From: Octopus sinensis
Taxonomy: Eukaryota
DNA: 21,798 nucleotides
Direction: 5' to 3'
Assembly: GCF_006345805.1 (NCBI RefSeq)
Contig: NW_021823638.1
Location: 1 to 21,798, forward strand
Part shown: piece after piece, positions 11,376-19,972 of the stretch
How the letters are laid out: the number at the start of each line of letters is the position of its first letter
Numbering within the stretch: the stretch's first letter is position 1
Notes under the pieces: generated by a model
Database searches by the model: none
The model's input: the letters and a program-made list of their open reading frames with translations, nothing else
What the model was told of the DNA's origin: nothing
Program-made: the position numbers and the translations under genes

Positions 11376-13406
11376 AGATATATCATCATCATCATCATCA
11401 TTGTTTAACATCCGTTTTCCGTGGTAGCACGGGTTGCACGAAAATATACATAAGTAATATTGTAGGCACGCCAACATGAGTATCTGTTCGAATGGACTCT
11501 ACTGCGAATGTTTAACCCAAGAGAACATCCTGTAAGTAATTAACGACGCAGAGGTGCATCCGATTAATTGCGAGCAGGGGATCGAACCCCTACCATCTTA
11601 TAGCAACAGGACCAGCAGACCAGGTCTGGTTTCGGGCTATTCCTGCCACTGCTCAGTACTGGACACCTCATCGCTATCTGTGGAGATGGGATGTATATAA
11701 AAAGTGTATATAATAAAGTATGTATGCATATAAGAAACCTGTGTAGATATATTTGTTCAGAAGAAATGAGTTCGATGTTAGAAGTGAAATATATTTCTGG
11801 AATATATGTAGTTCACTGTGTGTCAACCAATTTCTATGATGTATCAGGGTCAAGACAAACATTTATCAATGTATGTATGCATGTGTGTGTATACTTGTAT
11901 GTGTGTGTGTGTGTGTTTCTGCGTCATTTAACTACACAAAATGCTGTATGTATGTAATTGTTCAAAGAAGAGTTTCTGCTGTACTCTTGGTAGTTACTGA
12001 TGTATCTTATAATATTCTCTATTCCGAACATGTAAATAATGTAATATTTGTTATAAATGAATGTTATTGATTGGATGTTTCTGTTTTGTCCACAGATGTT
12101 TATTGTGCAGAAATAAAGCGGCCACAACAAAAGTCCATCCATGTGTGGACACTTGTAATATGTAAGGATGTTCAAACGTTACACTTCAACGATGTCTGAA
12201 GTGCGGGAAACCTGTAACGAGCAGAACTGGAGATGGTAAGAAAATCTTTGCTGATCTGTCTGTTTGTCCTGCTTGTCCCATTGCCCTTATTGTGTAGAAT
12301 AATATACTTCATGTTGTTATGTAGACAGAGGTCTGCCATAATCTGGCAGATTTATGATAAAAGGTGTTCCTAGTGTCTGTTCTCTGTAATAGTATATCTC
12401 TCACACACTACATCCACTAAACATTGACCTTATCCAAGTAGGAAACATGTCACACTTCAAGAGGTTTGTAGTCTGCAACATAAAGATAATGGACGATTCT
12501 GCAAGATAATTAGTGAGTAACTGAAGTATCAATAAATCTCCATCAACACTATAATTAATTATGAGTTATTAGAAGATAATTAAATACAACAGTACTAACA
12601 AGGACATCAGTGTCATCTTTGGTAAAGTATTAAATTTAGTAGAATATTTTAAAGGAGTAAAATTATTTGTCACTAGTTTGAGAGACTTTAACACACAATT
12701 CCATGTTGTTATGTTTGTAATTGGTGGGTATTAAGGCTAATAGAGACAGTTTTGTTTGTCAAGCAGCCAGATCATGAAACCTTCAAATATATCCTGAATG
12801 AGATGACATTCTGGTGAACTGTGAAGTTAAAATTAGGGATTATCAGCAACAATGTTTAACAAAGAGATTAGGTGTATGTTTCTCCTTCTTGAAGTGGTTG
12901 TGACATGTGTTTGTTGTTATATCTTTTATAAATAAATATGTTGACACTGGAATTAAACAGGTTGTTAGTGAAGATCAGGGTTTTGAAAATGCAATAGATT
13001 TGGCATAGATATAAGCAAGGAAACCAAAACCTACAGATTAACTGTTATTAGGTGATAATTAAGTGATATAATTACAGCATTGTTAGATTATGTAGGATAT
13101 CTTAACAGAGAGAGGAAATTTACAAGATCAACTAGAGTTCGTTTTGGAGCTAAATATTGGCTATTACATGGTCCGCGTTGAAAGTATAAAAATATTGACC
13201 AAAGCATTATGATCGCTGTTGGCCATTGATGGTATGAATGTTTCTCATTAATAAAATATAGATTATTAATAAATATAAAGGGATTGTGCTATAAATAAAT
13301 ATAAAACTTGGAGATACATATTTCAGAGAGTCCAAAGTTTGAAGAGAAGGGAGTGCAGACTGTGGCAGAGACAGTTGATGAGTTTAAAATTAGAGATCTT
13401 AATTAA
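667..13406 (+). CDS. Spliced gene model (5' end upstream of window): ankyrin-repeat + RING protein, Mind bomb/MIB2-like E3 ubiquitin ligase; frameshifted as assembled
   Basis: Six AG-bounded exons with consistent phases (0-2, 2-0, 0-0, 0-2, 2-1, 1-stop). After indel repair they join into [52 protein letters not shown]|[12 protein letters not shown]|[70 protein letters not shown]|[59 protein letters not shown]|CLLC..PCGHxVICKxC..CLKC..TGD|[15 protein letters not shown] followed by RING is the Mind bomb C-terminal architecture, but the N-terminal MIB/HERC2 and ZZ domains are not in the window, so no symbol is given. Confidence 0.85.
1205..1300 (+). mobile_element. Highly degenerate SINE remnant
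   Basis: B-box-like GTTCAAATCC at 1240-1249 and CTGGGGTCAATATAATC at about 1272-1288, similar to the 3161 fragment. Confidence 0.4.
1351..3171 (+). repeat. 61-bp direct repeats (1351-1411 and 3111-3171) flanking the (GAT)n array
   Basis: 57/61 identical; the last 44 nt (AGAAAATAAATTGTG...TTACGTTCAG) are identical; offset 1760. Confidence 0.9.
1461..3103. repeat. 1.64-kb imperfect (GAT)n trinucleotide array with GAG/AAT/GCT variants, intronic
   Basis: Directly visible; it is the source of the poly-M, poly-D and poly-I/H ORFs in the track. Confidence 0.97.
3161..3260 (+). mobile_element. Degenerate tRNA-derived SINE fragment (second family)
   Basis: TTACGTTCAGAGTTGAATCC (degenerate B-box), then GGTCAACTT...GTTGATAAAA...TACCAG...ACTGGGGT; recognised by eye as a common octopus SINE body. 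Confidence 0.5.
3560..3596 (+). CDS. Exon B (37 nt): completes ankyrin repeat, (E)[12 protein letters not shown]
   Basis: Acceptor TATTACTTTCAG ending 3559; donor GTTAGT at 3597; phase 2 to 0 matches both neighbours and supplies the second helix of the GDTPLH repeat. Confidence 0.82.
3913..4040 (-). mobile_element. Degenerate SINE 3' fragment
   Basis: TGCGGCCATGCTGGGGCA...ATCGATCCCAG matches 9390-9440. Confidence 0.6.
4256..4566. repeat. (TCTA)n/(TCTG)n compound microsatellite
   Basis: Direct inspection. Confidence 0.95.
4896..5412. mobile_element. MITE-like element with long imperfect terminal inverted repeats
   Basis: 4896-5020 is the imperfect reverse complement of 5275-5412 (e.g. CCTGTTAGCCTAAGACCTCTTCAAAATATGGA vs TCCATATTTGGAAGAGGTCCTAGGCCAACAGG); no coding capacity; AT-rich ends, TSD not resolvable. 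Confidence 0.75.
5578..5708. repeat. (TATG)n-(TG)n compound microsatellite
   Basis: Direct inspection. Confidence 0.95.
5835..6110. repeat. Foldback/palindromic element with a ~100-nt near-perfect central hairpin
   Basis: 5962-5988 vs the reverse complement of 6037-6063 matches 24/27; pairing continues inward (5986-6008 with 6014-6036); weaker outer arms (TTGACCC..TTGCATCG at about 5843 vs CGATGCAACACGGGTCAA at about 6084). Confidence 0.7.
6701..6907 (+). CDS. Exon C: ankyrin repeats ([13 protein letters not shown]; [18 protein letters not shown]), disrupted by two small deletions
   Basis: AG at 6699-6700, GTAAG at 6908. The entry frame hits TAA at 6791-6793; the ankyrin consensus resumes in a shifted frame from 6790 ([12 protein letters not shown]...) and returns to the entry frame at 6893 (DLLNE). 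This implies -1 near 6787 and -2 near 6890. Confidence 0.88.
7714..7920 (-). mobile_element. Tc1/mariner transposon 3' remnant (transposase C-terminus + TIR-like end)
   Basis: The minus strand of 7902 to 7790 reads [34 protein letters not shown], the mariner C-terminal LPxRW..VxxxGxY motif, with one stop and one frameshift. It is followed by AAAAAACTGCTTCATTTATGAGATGAC (TIR-like, 7714-7742). Confidence 0.78.
8482..8657 (+). CDS. Exon D: terminal ankyrin-like segment and linker ([18 protein letters not shown])
   Basis: AG at 8480-8481, GTAAGT at 8658; 58 uninterrupted codons + 2 nt; phase 0 to 2. Confidence 0.9.
9368..9788 (-). mobile_element. tRNA-derived SINE with CORE-like domain, near full length
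   Basis: Minus strand: head AGGCGCAGGAG..., B-box GGTTCAATCCC (9726-9736), CORE-like GCACCTTGGGCAAGTGACTT (about 9698-9717), a (TA)n/(TG)n spacer, then a 3' body shared with 131-325 and 3913-4040. Resembles described octopus tRNA-SINEs; the exact family is not assigned. Confidence 0.82.
9896..10053. repeat. (TAT)n-(GAT)n-(AAT/AAC)n compound microsatellite
   Basis: Direct inspection. Confidence 0.93.
10054..10770. mobile_element. Interspersed non-coding repeat bounded by (AAT)n tracts, family unassigned, first 137 bp tandemly duplicated
   Basis: GC-richer block between AAT microsatellites; 10054-10190 and 10191-10327 are near-identical. Recognised by eye as an abundant octopus repeat; no TIR or ORF seen. 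Confidence 0.6.
10782..10821. repeat. (GAA)n microsatellite
   Basis: Direct inspection. Confidence 0.93.
10822..11250 (+). mobile_element. CR1/L2-group LINE 3' coding remnant
   Basis: Frameshifted reading ...[15 protein letters not shown]...[36 protein letters not shown]...* (TGA 11245-11247) resembles the C-terminal FK..LD.FL..IPD.P..PGY...NSL motif of CR1-like ORF2. Confidence 0.65.
11319..11372. repeat. (TA)n microsatellite (another at 3866-3911)
   Basis: Direct inspection. Confidence 0.93.
11384..11438 (-). mobile_element. Short RTE 3'-tail fragment
   Basis: (CAT)n followed by TTTAACATCCGTTTTCCGTGGTAGCACGGGTTG, matching the tail end of the RTE copies at 15683 and 20298. Confidence 0.65.
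12096..12235 (+). CDS. Exon E: C3HC4-type RING finger, locally frameshifted
   Basis: AG at 12094-12095, GTAAGA at 12236. CLLC at the start and C..CLKC at the end are in one frame. The central PCGH-xVICK-xC is recovered by removing 2 nt at about 12145-12146 and adding 1 nt at about 12153 and 1 nt at about 12168. Uncorrected, there is TAA at 12163-12165. Confidence 0.88.
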
Positions 13407-13970
13407 TTTCTATAGATTTTACATTCACCTCAGCTATTTTGCGTATTAGAATGGTGGAGAACAAATCCCATTTCTAATTTCCATTTGAAAGGTTAGCTCT
13501 AAAGTAATTGTATTAAAAATATGAAATTTCATAAAGTCATGGTTAACGTGTTTGGTAAAATGGATAAATTAAAAGCCACAATAGAGTTAATATTGTCTTC
13601 TGGAAGAGGGAACTATAATTCTTTTTTTACGTGTAAACTCCTAAGTTAATAAGATAGTTGTTTGTTTTTCTACTGAGATTTTTCGTAAGTTTTCTGATAG
13701 GTTATTCTTGATGTTGTTATGTAGCCAGATGTCTGTCGTAATAGTTTGTATTTTCTGGGGTTGTGTACCACGAATGTCTCTGGTTAGAATACATTTTGTA
13801 GTTGCAAATTAGAAAATTCTAATTAAATGTTAACACTGTATAAGAATATTTATCATGAACTTAATTTTATTAAATGTTAAATTTAGTATTCAACCGTGAA
13901 CATCTGTTTATATTTAATATATATTGGTGCTTATACAAAATATACGATCATAAATTGAATATGACTTGAA
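12300..13970 (+). repeat. Older, diverged paralogous unit(s) of the array
   Basis: GTTGTTATGTAGACAGAGGTCTG (about 12313) vs GTTGTTATGTAGCCAGATGTCTG (about 13713). About 12960-13600 aligns by eye to about 14950-15660, and about 13510-13970 aligns to about 16280-16750. Confidence 0.75.
13327..13406 (+). CDS. Exon F0: probable terminal coding exon (E)[25 protein letters not shown]
   Basis: TTTCAG acceptor ending 13326; phase 1 matches the RING exon; TAA at 13404-13406; clear paralogy to the exons at 15354 and 17817 including the acceptor context. Confidence 0.72.
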
Positions 13971-14367
13971 TACACAAATCCTTGTTTGTAACTATATATA
14001 ATATACACTTATTACATTGTTTGAACAGGATTTACCATCCATATAGTCATTCTTTTTCTCACTCTTGTTAGATTTTAGATGATATTAATGCTAAAAGAGG
14101 CACTGTTTTCTGAGTGTTTCACCCTTTGGTCTTGATTGTTGCGTTCAAATTATTTAATGAAAGATAGTCATTGTTATTTGACCAGGAAATGAATTAATGA
14201 TTAGTATTTGGCAGTGGACTTGGTTATATCTTTCTTCGTTTGCTCATGGAACTACCATAATATTAGCTGTGCTGAGACACAATCATATTCATAGTAATGA
14301 AGGTTATATGTTCTTTACTCAGATTATATACAATCTATATTGATATCTAGTATTGCACCGTCAAGCA

Positions 14368-14968
14368 CAGTGCCATTGTATCACATATGTACCCAATTAT
14401 CATGATAATTAATAAGCTATAATTCATTAACTCTCTTACATTTGTATGTCTGAAATGTAAACATATTTTGAGATAGGGACATCGTGTACCCTCACCTTAC
14501 ATTTTATATCTTGTTAGGGATCATGGTGGGGAAAGAGTGTATGGTTTCAAGGTTGTTGGGGATGGTTTTTAGGGGACAGATTGTGTTCAGGGGGGAAGGT
14601 ATGCACATAAAGGACAAGTCTTTATGGGCGCAGTTTTACTTAATTAGAGAGGAATGTTGATTAGTGAATTCAGTACCATTGCATCACATATATACCCAAT
14701 TATCATGATAATTAATAAGCTATAATTCATTAACCCTCTTACATTTGTATGTATGAAATGTAAACTTATTTTGCCATAGGAACATCGTGTACCCTCACCT
14801 AATTTTATATCTTGTTAGGGATCATGTTGGGAAGGGTGTATGGAATTTGGCTTGTGGAGATGATTTTTAGGGGACAGATTGTGTGCGGGGTGGAGGGTAT
14901 GTACATAAAGGACATGTCTTTATGACCTCAGTTTTACTTAATTAGAGAGAATGTTGATTAGTGAATTC
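14368..14968 (+). repeat. Internal ~300-bp tandem duplication within the first recent unit
   Basis: CAGT(G/A)CCATTG...TTAGTGAATT occurs at 14368-14670 and 14671-14968; single copy in the other units. Confidence 0.9.
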
Positions 14969-15353
14969 TAGAGATGAGAGGACTGTGCCATGCCATAATT
15001 TGGCAGTTATAGAAAAGAAAGACAAAGCTAAGAGAAAACTCTTATCAATTGTTAATTAAATGAGATAATTGGTACATTGTTAGAATATTTAATGTGTTCT
15101 TAGAGAGACAGAGAGAGAGAGAGAGAGGGAGAGGGTGGATATAGGAATGTTAGTCTGTTTTATTGTGGACATATTGAGCTATTACATGGGACCACTGTAG
15201 AAAGTACAGAAATATTGACCAAAACCATAATGGTCAACAGTTGACCAGTAACAACAGGAATTGAATGTCTCACAATAACAAGATAGAGTTTAATAAAAAT
15301 AAGGATACAGACATTTTATTTTTAAATGTAAAACTTGGAAATATTTATTTCAG

Positions 15354-15431
15354 GGGCTCCAAAGTTTGAAGACAGGTGTGTACAAACAGAGGCTACATGT
15401 CAGGAATTAGGGGCTGCATCTCAGGCAATTG
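15354..15431 (+). CDS. Exon F1: duplicated symmetric (phase 1-1) 78-nt exon, (G)APKFEDRCVQTEATCQELGAASQAI
   Basis: TTTCAG acceptor ending 15353, donor GTGAGT at 15432, no stop in the phase-1 frame; paralogous to F0. Use in transcripts is not demonstrated. Confidence 0.62.
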
Positions 15432-15682
15432 GTGAGTATAAAATAATAGTTCCCAATTGATTTCTGTAAGGTTTTCTTCCCCCGAGTATATTGTGCTTGA
15501 AAGAATAACTGAAAACAGCTTCCATTCCTATTTTCCAATTGAACGATTATCTGTATAAAATTGAATTAAAGATATCGATTTACTGAGAGTTTATGAAATA
15601 CCCATTGAGGTTAATGCTGTTGGTAATAATGTTCAAATTAGAAGACACAATAGAGTTAATTTTGTCAATTGGTCACAGAACT

Positions 15683-16279
15683 CATCATCATCATCATCAT
15701 CATCATCATTTAACATCCGTTTCTTATGGCGGCATGGGTCGGACGATTTCACTGGCAAGGCAGTAGGCTGCGCCAGGCTGCAATGTGATCTGGCAAGGTT
15801 TCCACATATGTATGCCATTCCTAATGCCAACCACTCCGAGAGTGTGGTGGGTGCTTTTTACGTGCCACCGACACAGGAGCCAGTCGGGGTGGGGGCTGGC
15901 ATCGACCACATTCGGATGGTGCTTTTTACATGCCAGCGGCACAGGGAACTAGTCAGGCGGCAGTGACAAGGACCTATGCTTCTATGGTACTTATAACGTG
16001 ACACAGGAACAGGTGCCAGTCAGGCGGCACTGGCATCGGTCACAACTACAATTTCCGTTTTGATTTCGATCTTGAATTGCTTTTGATTTTTCATTTCTGT
16101 TATTGCCTGGTGGACTATGATGAAAACGAGGGGTTTAGGAATGGTCCCTAGTGAACTCCTACTTCTATCCGGAATTCTTCACTATACTCATTGCCAATCC
16201 TCACCTTACTACAGGGCCTCTTCAACTCTTATAATCGCTCGTCAATCCCTAGTTTCCGCATTAGCTGTAAAAAGGATTC
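15683..16279 (-). mobile_element. Internally deleted RTE LINE: RT-domain fragment fused to 3'UTR and (GAT)n tail
   Basis: The minus strand of 16097-16272 reads MRKLGIDERL*...SKVRIGNEYSEEFRIEVGVH*GPFLNP.VFIIVHQAIT, a degenerate GVxQGxxLSPxLF RT motif. 15683-16095 matches the 3'UTR/tail of the 18145 copy; same left flank (GGTCACAGAACT vs GGTCATGGAACT). Confidence 0.8.
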
Positions 16280-17816
16280 TATTAAATATTCAACTGAAAT
16301 TTCATAAAATCAAGGTTAACGTGGTTGGTAAAATGGTTAAATAAGAAGACATAATAGAGTTAATGATGTATTTTAGGACAGATAACTAAACATTTTGTTG
16401 TTTATTTGTAAACAGGTGAGTTAACGAAAAGATTTCTTTCTTTTACTCTAAGGTCTTTCCTAAGTTTTCTCATAGGTTATTGTTGTTGTTGTTGTTGTTG
16501 TTATGCCAGATGTCTGTCATGACATGTTGTTTAGGTACTACCCTGAATGTCTCAGGTCAGAATAACTTTGTTATAAATTAAAGAAATTAAAAATCAAATC
16601 TCTAAGATTATAAGTATAATGATCATTAACGTTGATTAAATATTAAATTTAGTATTGAACGGTGAACATGTTTTACATTTAACAAAATATTGGTGTTGAC
16701 ATGAAATACAAAGATATGATTAAATATGAGTTCCCTTGTGTGACTTGATCTCACAAATCCTTGTTTGTAACTATATATATTATACACTTATTACATTGTT
16801 TGAACAACATTTACCATCCATATAGTCATTCTTTTTCTCACTCTTGTTAGATTTTAGATGATATTAATGCTAAAAGAGGCACAATTTTCTGAATGTTTCA
16901 CCTTTGGTCTGATTGTTGCGTTCAAATTATTTAATGAAAGATAGTCATTGTTATTTGACCAGGAAATGAATTAATCATTAGTATTTGGCAGTGGACTTGG
17001 TTATATCTTTCTTCGTTTGCTCATGGAACTACCATAATATTAGCTGTGCTGAGACACAATCATATTCATAGTAATGAAGGTTATATGTTCTTTACTCAGA
17101 TTATATACAATCTATATTGATATCTAGTATTGCACACGTCAGCACAGTGCCATTGTATCACATATATACCCAATTATCATGATAATTAATAAGCTATAAT
17201 TCATTAACTCTCTTACATTTGTATGTATGAAATGTAAATTTATTTTGTCATAGGGACATCGTGTACCCTCACCTAAACTCTTATATCTTGTTAGGGATCA
17301 TTTTGTGGAGATGATTTTTAGGGGACAGATTGTGTGTGGGATGGAGCGTATGCACATAAAGGACATCTTTATGACCTCATTTTACTTAATTAGAGAAGAA
17401 TGTTGATTAGTGAATTCTAGAGATGAGAGGACTGCGCCATGCCATAGATTTGGCACAGTTATAAGAAAAGAAAGACAATGCTAAGAGAAAACTCTTATCA
17501 AGTGTTAATTAAATGAGATAATTGCAACATTGTTAGAATATTTAATGTGTTTTTAAAGAGAAAGGGAGAGAGAGAGAGAGAGAGAGACAGAAGTGAGGGT
17601 GGATTTAGAAATGTTAGTCTCTTTTATTGTGGACATATTGGGCTATTACATGGGACCACTGTAGAAAGTACAGAAATATTGACCAAAACCATAATGGTCA
17701 ACATTTGACCATTAACGACAGGAATTGAATGTCTCACAATAACAAGATAGAGTTTAATAAAAATAAGATAAAGAAAGTTTATTTTTAAATGTAAAACTTG
17801 GAAATATTTATTTCAG

Positions 17817-17894
17817 GTGCTCCAAAGTGTGAGGACAGGTGTGTACAAACAGAGGCTACATGTCAGGAATTAGGGGCTACATCTCAGGCAATTG
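17817..17894 (+). CDS. Exon F2: duplicated symmetric 78-nt exon, (G)APKCEDRCVQTEATCQELGATSQAI
   Basis: TTTCAG acceptor ending 17816, donor GTGAGT at 17895; 4 nt differences from F1 (2 amino-acid changing, 2 silent). Confidence 0.6.
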
Positions 17895-18144
17895 GTGAGT
17901 ATAAAATAATAGTTCCCAATTGATTTCTGTAAGGTTTTCTTCCCCCGAGTATATTTTGCTTGAAAGAATAACTGAAAACTGCTTCCATTCCTATTTTCCA
18001 ATTGAACAATTATCTGTATAATAATTGAATTAAAGATACGATTACTGTGAGTTTATGAAATACCCATTGAGGTTAATGCTGTTGGTAATAATGTTCAAAT
18101 TAGAAGACACATAGAGTTAATTTTGTCATTTGGTCATGGAACTA

Positions 18145-19050
18145 ATCATCATCATCAACATCACAATCGTTTTACGTCCGTTTTTTATGGTGGCATGGAT
18201 TGGATGATTTCACTGGCAAGGCAGTAGGCTGCGCCAGGCTCCAAAGTGATCTGGCAAGGTTCCACATATGTTGCCATTCCTAACGCCAACCACTCCGAGA
18301 GTGTGGTGGGTGCTTTTTACGTGCCACCACCGACACAGGAGCCTTCGGGTGGGGGCTGGCATCGACCACATTCGGATGGTGCTTTTTATGTGCCACCCCG
18401 CACAGGGAACTAGTCAGACGGCAGTGACAGGACCTATGCTTCTATGGTACTTATACGTGACACGGAACAGTTGCCAGCCAGGCGGCACTGGCATCGGTCA
18501 CACTACAATGTTTGAATGGTACTTATTATGTGCCACCGGCACGGGTGCCAGCCAGGCGGCACTGGCATCGGCCATAATTACAATTTCCATTTTGATTTCG
18601 ATCTTGATTTGATTTTGATTTGTGATTTCTGGTTTTTGGTTTTACTTGACTCGGAAATTCTTCTCAAGCGCAACTTATCACTCTGTGATTCAAGGGTACT
18701 TTTAAAAAGGGCTGGTTATGCGCCACTGGTATATGCTACAGCTCTGATCTCACTTCACTTGCCGAGTCCTCTTAATCACGTCATATTTCTAGAGGTCTCT
18801 GTCGCTTGCCATTACCTCTGTGAGGCCCAACGTTCGAAGGTCGTTTCACTACGTCATCCCTGTCTTCCTGGGCCACTCCTTTCCACGGTTCCTTCCCTGT
18901 TAGGGTGTAACACTTCTTCCCACACTCTCTCTCATCCATACACATGACCATACCAGTGCTGTTGTCTCTCCTGTACACCACATCTGATGCTTCTTATGTC
19001 TAACACTTTCTCTCAGGCCTCTTCACTCTGCCTTGTGTACACACTGACAT
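18145..19050 (-). mobile_element. 5'-incomplete RTE-clade LINE: ORF C-terminus + 3'UTR + (GAT)n tail
   Basis: The minus strand of about 18770-19050 reads, with frameshifts, LREK.DIRSIRCGVQER..HWYGHV..MDE...KKCYTLT..G..G...PRKT.DDVVK.DLRTLGLTE, i.e. the WxGHV and degenerate RGRPRKTW motifs of RTE C-termini. It continues into a 3'UTR with internal sub-repeats and a (CAT)n tail at about 18145. Confidence 0.82.
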
Positions 19051-19718
19051 CGTTGCGTTCAAATTATTTAATGAAAGATAGTCATTGTTATTTGACCAGG
19101 AAATGAATTAATCATTAGTATTTGGCAGTGGACTTGGTTATATCTTTCTTCATTTGCTCATGGAAAACCATAATATTAGCTGTGCTGAGACACAATCATA
19201 TTCATGTAATGACGGTTATATGTTCTTTACTCAGATTATATACATCTAATATTGATATCTAGTATTGCACCGTCAAGCACAGTGCCATTGTATCACATAT
19301 ATACCCAATTATCATGATAATTAATAAGCTATAATTCTTAACTCTCTTACATTTGTATGTATGAAATGTAAGCTTATTTTATCATAGGGACATCGTGTAC
19401 CCTCAGCTAACATTTTATATCTTGTTAGGGATCATGGTGGGGAAAGAGTGTATGGTTTCAAGGTTGTTGGGGATGTTTTTTTAGGGGACAGATTGTGTGC
19501 GGGGTGGAGGGTATGCACATAAAGGACATGTCTTTATGACCTCAGTTTTAATTAATTAGAGAGGAATGTTGATTAGTGAATTCTAGAGATGAGAGGACTG
19601 TGCCATGCCATAGATTTGGCAGTTATAAGAAAAGAAAGACAAAGCTAAGGGAAAACTCTTATCAAATGTTAATTAAATGAGATAATTGGTACATTGTTAG
19701 AATATTTAATGTGTTCTT

Positions 19719-19752
<34 letters not shown>

Positions 19753-19972
19753 GGTGGATATAAGAATGTTAGTCTGTTTTATTGTGGACATATTGGACTA
19801 TTACATGGGACCACTGTAGAAAGTACAGAAATATTGACCAAAACCATAATGGTCAACATTTGACCATTAACAACAGGAATTGAATGTCTCACAATAACAA
19901 GATAGAGTTTAATAAAAATAAAGATAAAGAAAGTTTATTTTTAAATGTAAAACTTGGAAATATTTATTTCAG

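Noticed and set aside
12600-12620. Minus-strand KDDTDVL resembling an RT YADD or PIN-type DTDV motif
   Set aside because: No surrounding open frame or other motifs; the region is explained as paralogous intron sequence.
14029-14113. Alternative terminal exon candidates (AG at 14028: GFTIHIVILFLTLVRF*; AG at 14071 or 14078: DFR* / DDINAKRGTVF*)
   Set aside because: Phase-compatible, but the exon at 13327 comes first and has paralogous exon copies with canonical donors; the AG at 14028 is absent in the later copies (GAACAAC).
15860-16050. Regularly spaced GC-rich repeats (TGCC..GGCAC..CCAGTC..GGCGG) that could suggest a CRISPR array
   Set aside because: Degenerate sub-repeats of a LINE 3'UTR in a eukaryotic context; no unique spacers or cas genes.
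18268-18981. ORFs of 114, 143 and 66 aa (and similar ones at 15633-16344 and 20143-20968)
   Set aside because: They fall within RTE remnants, mostly antisense or out of frame; not independent genes.
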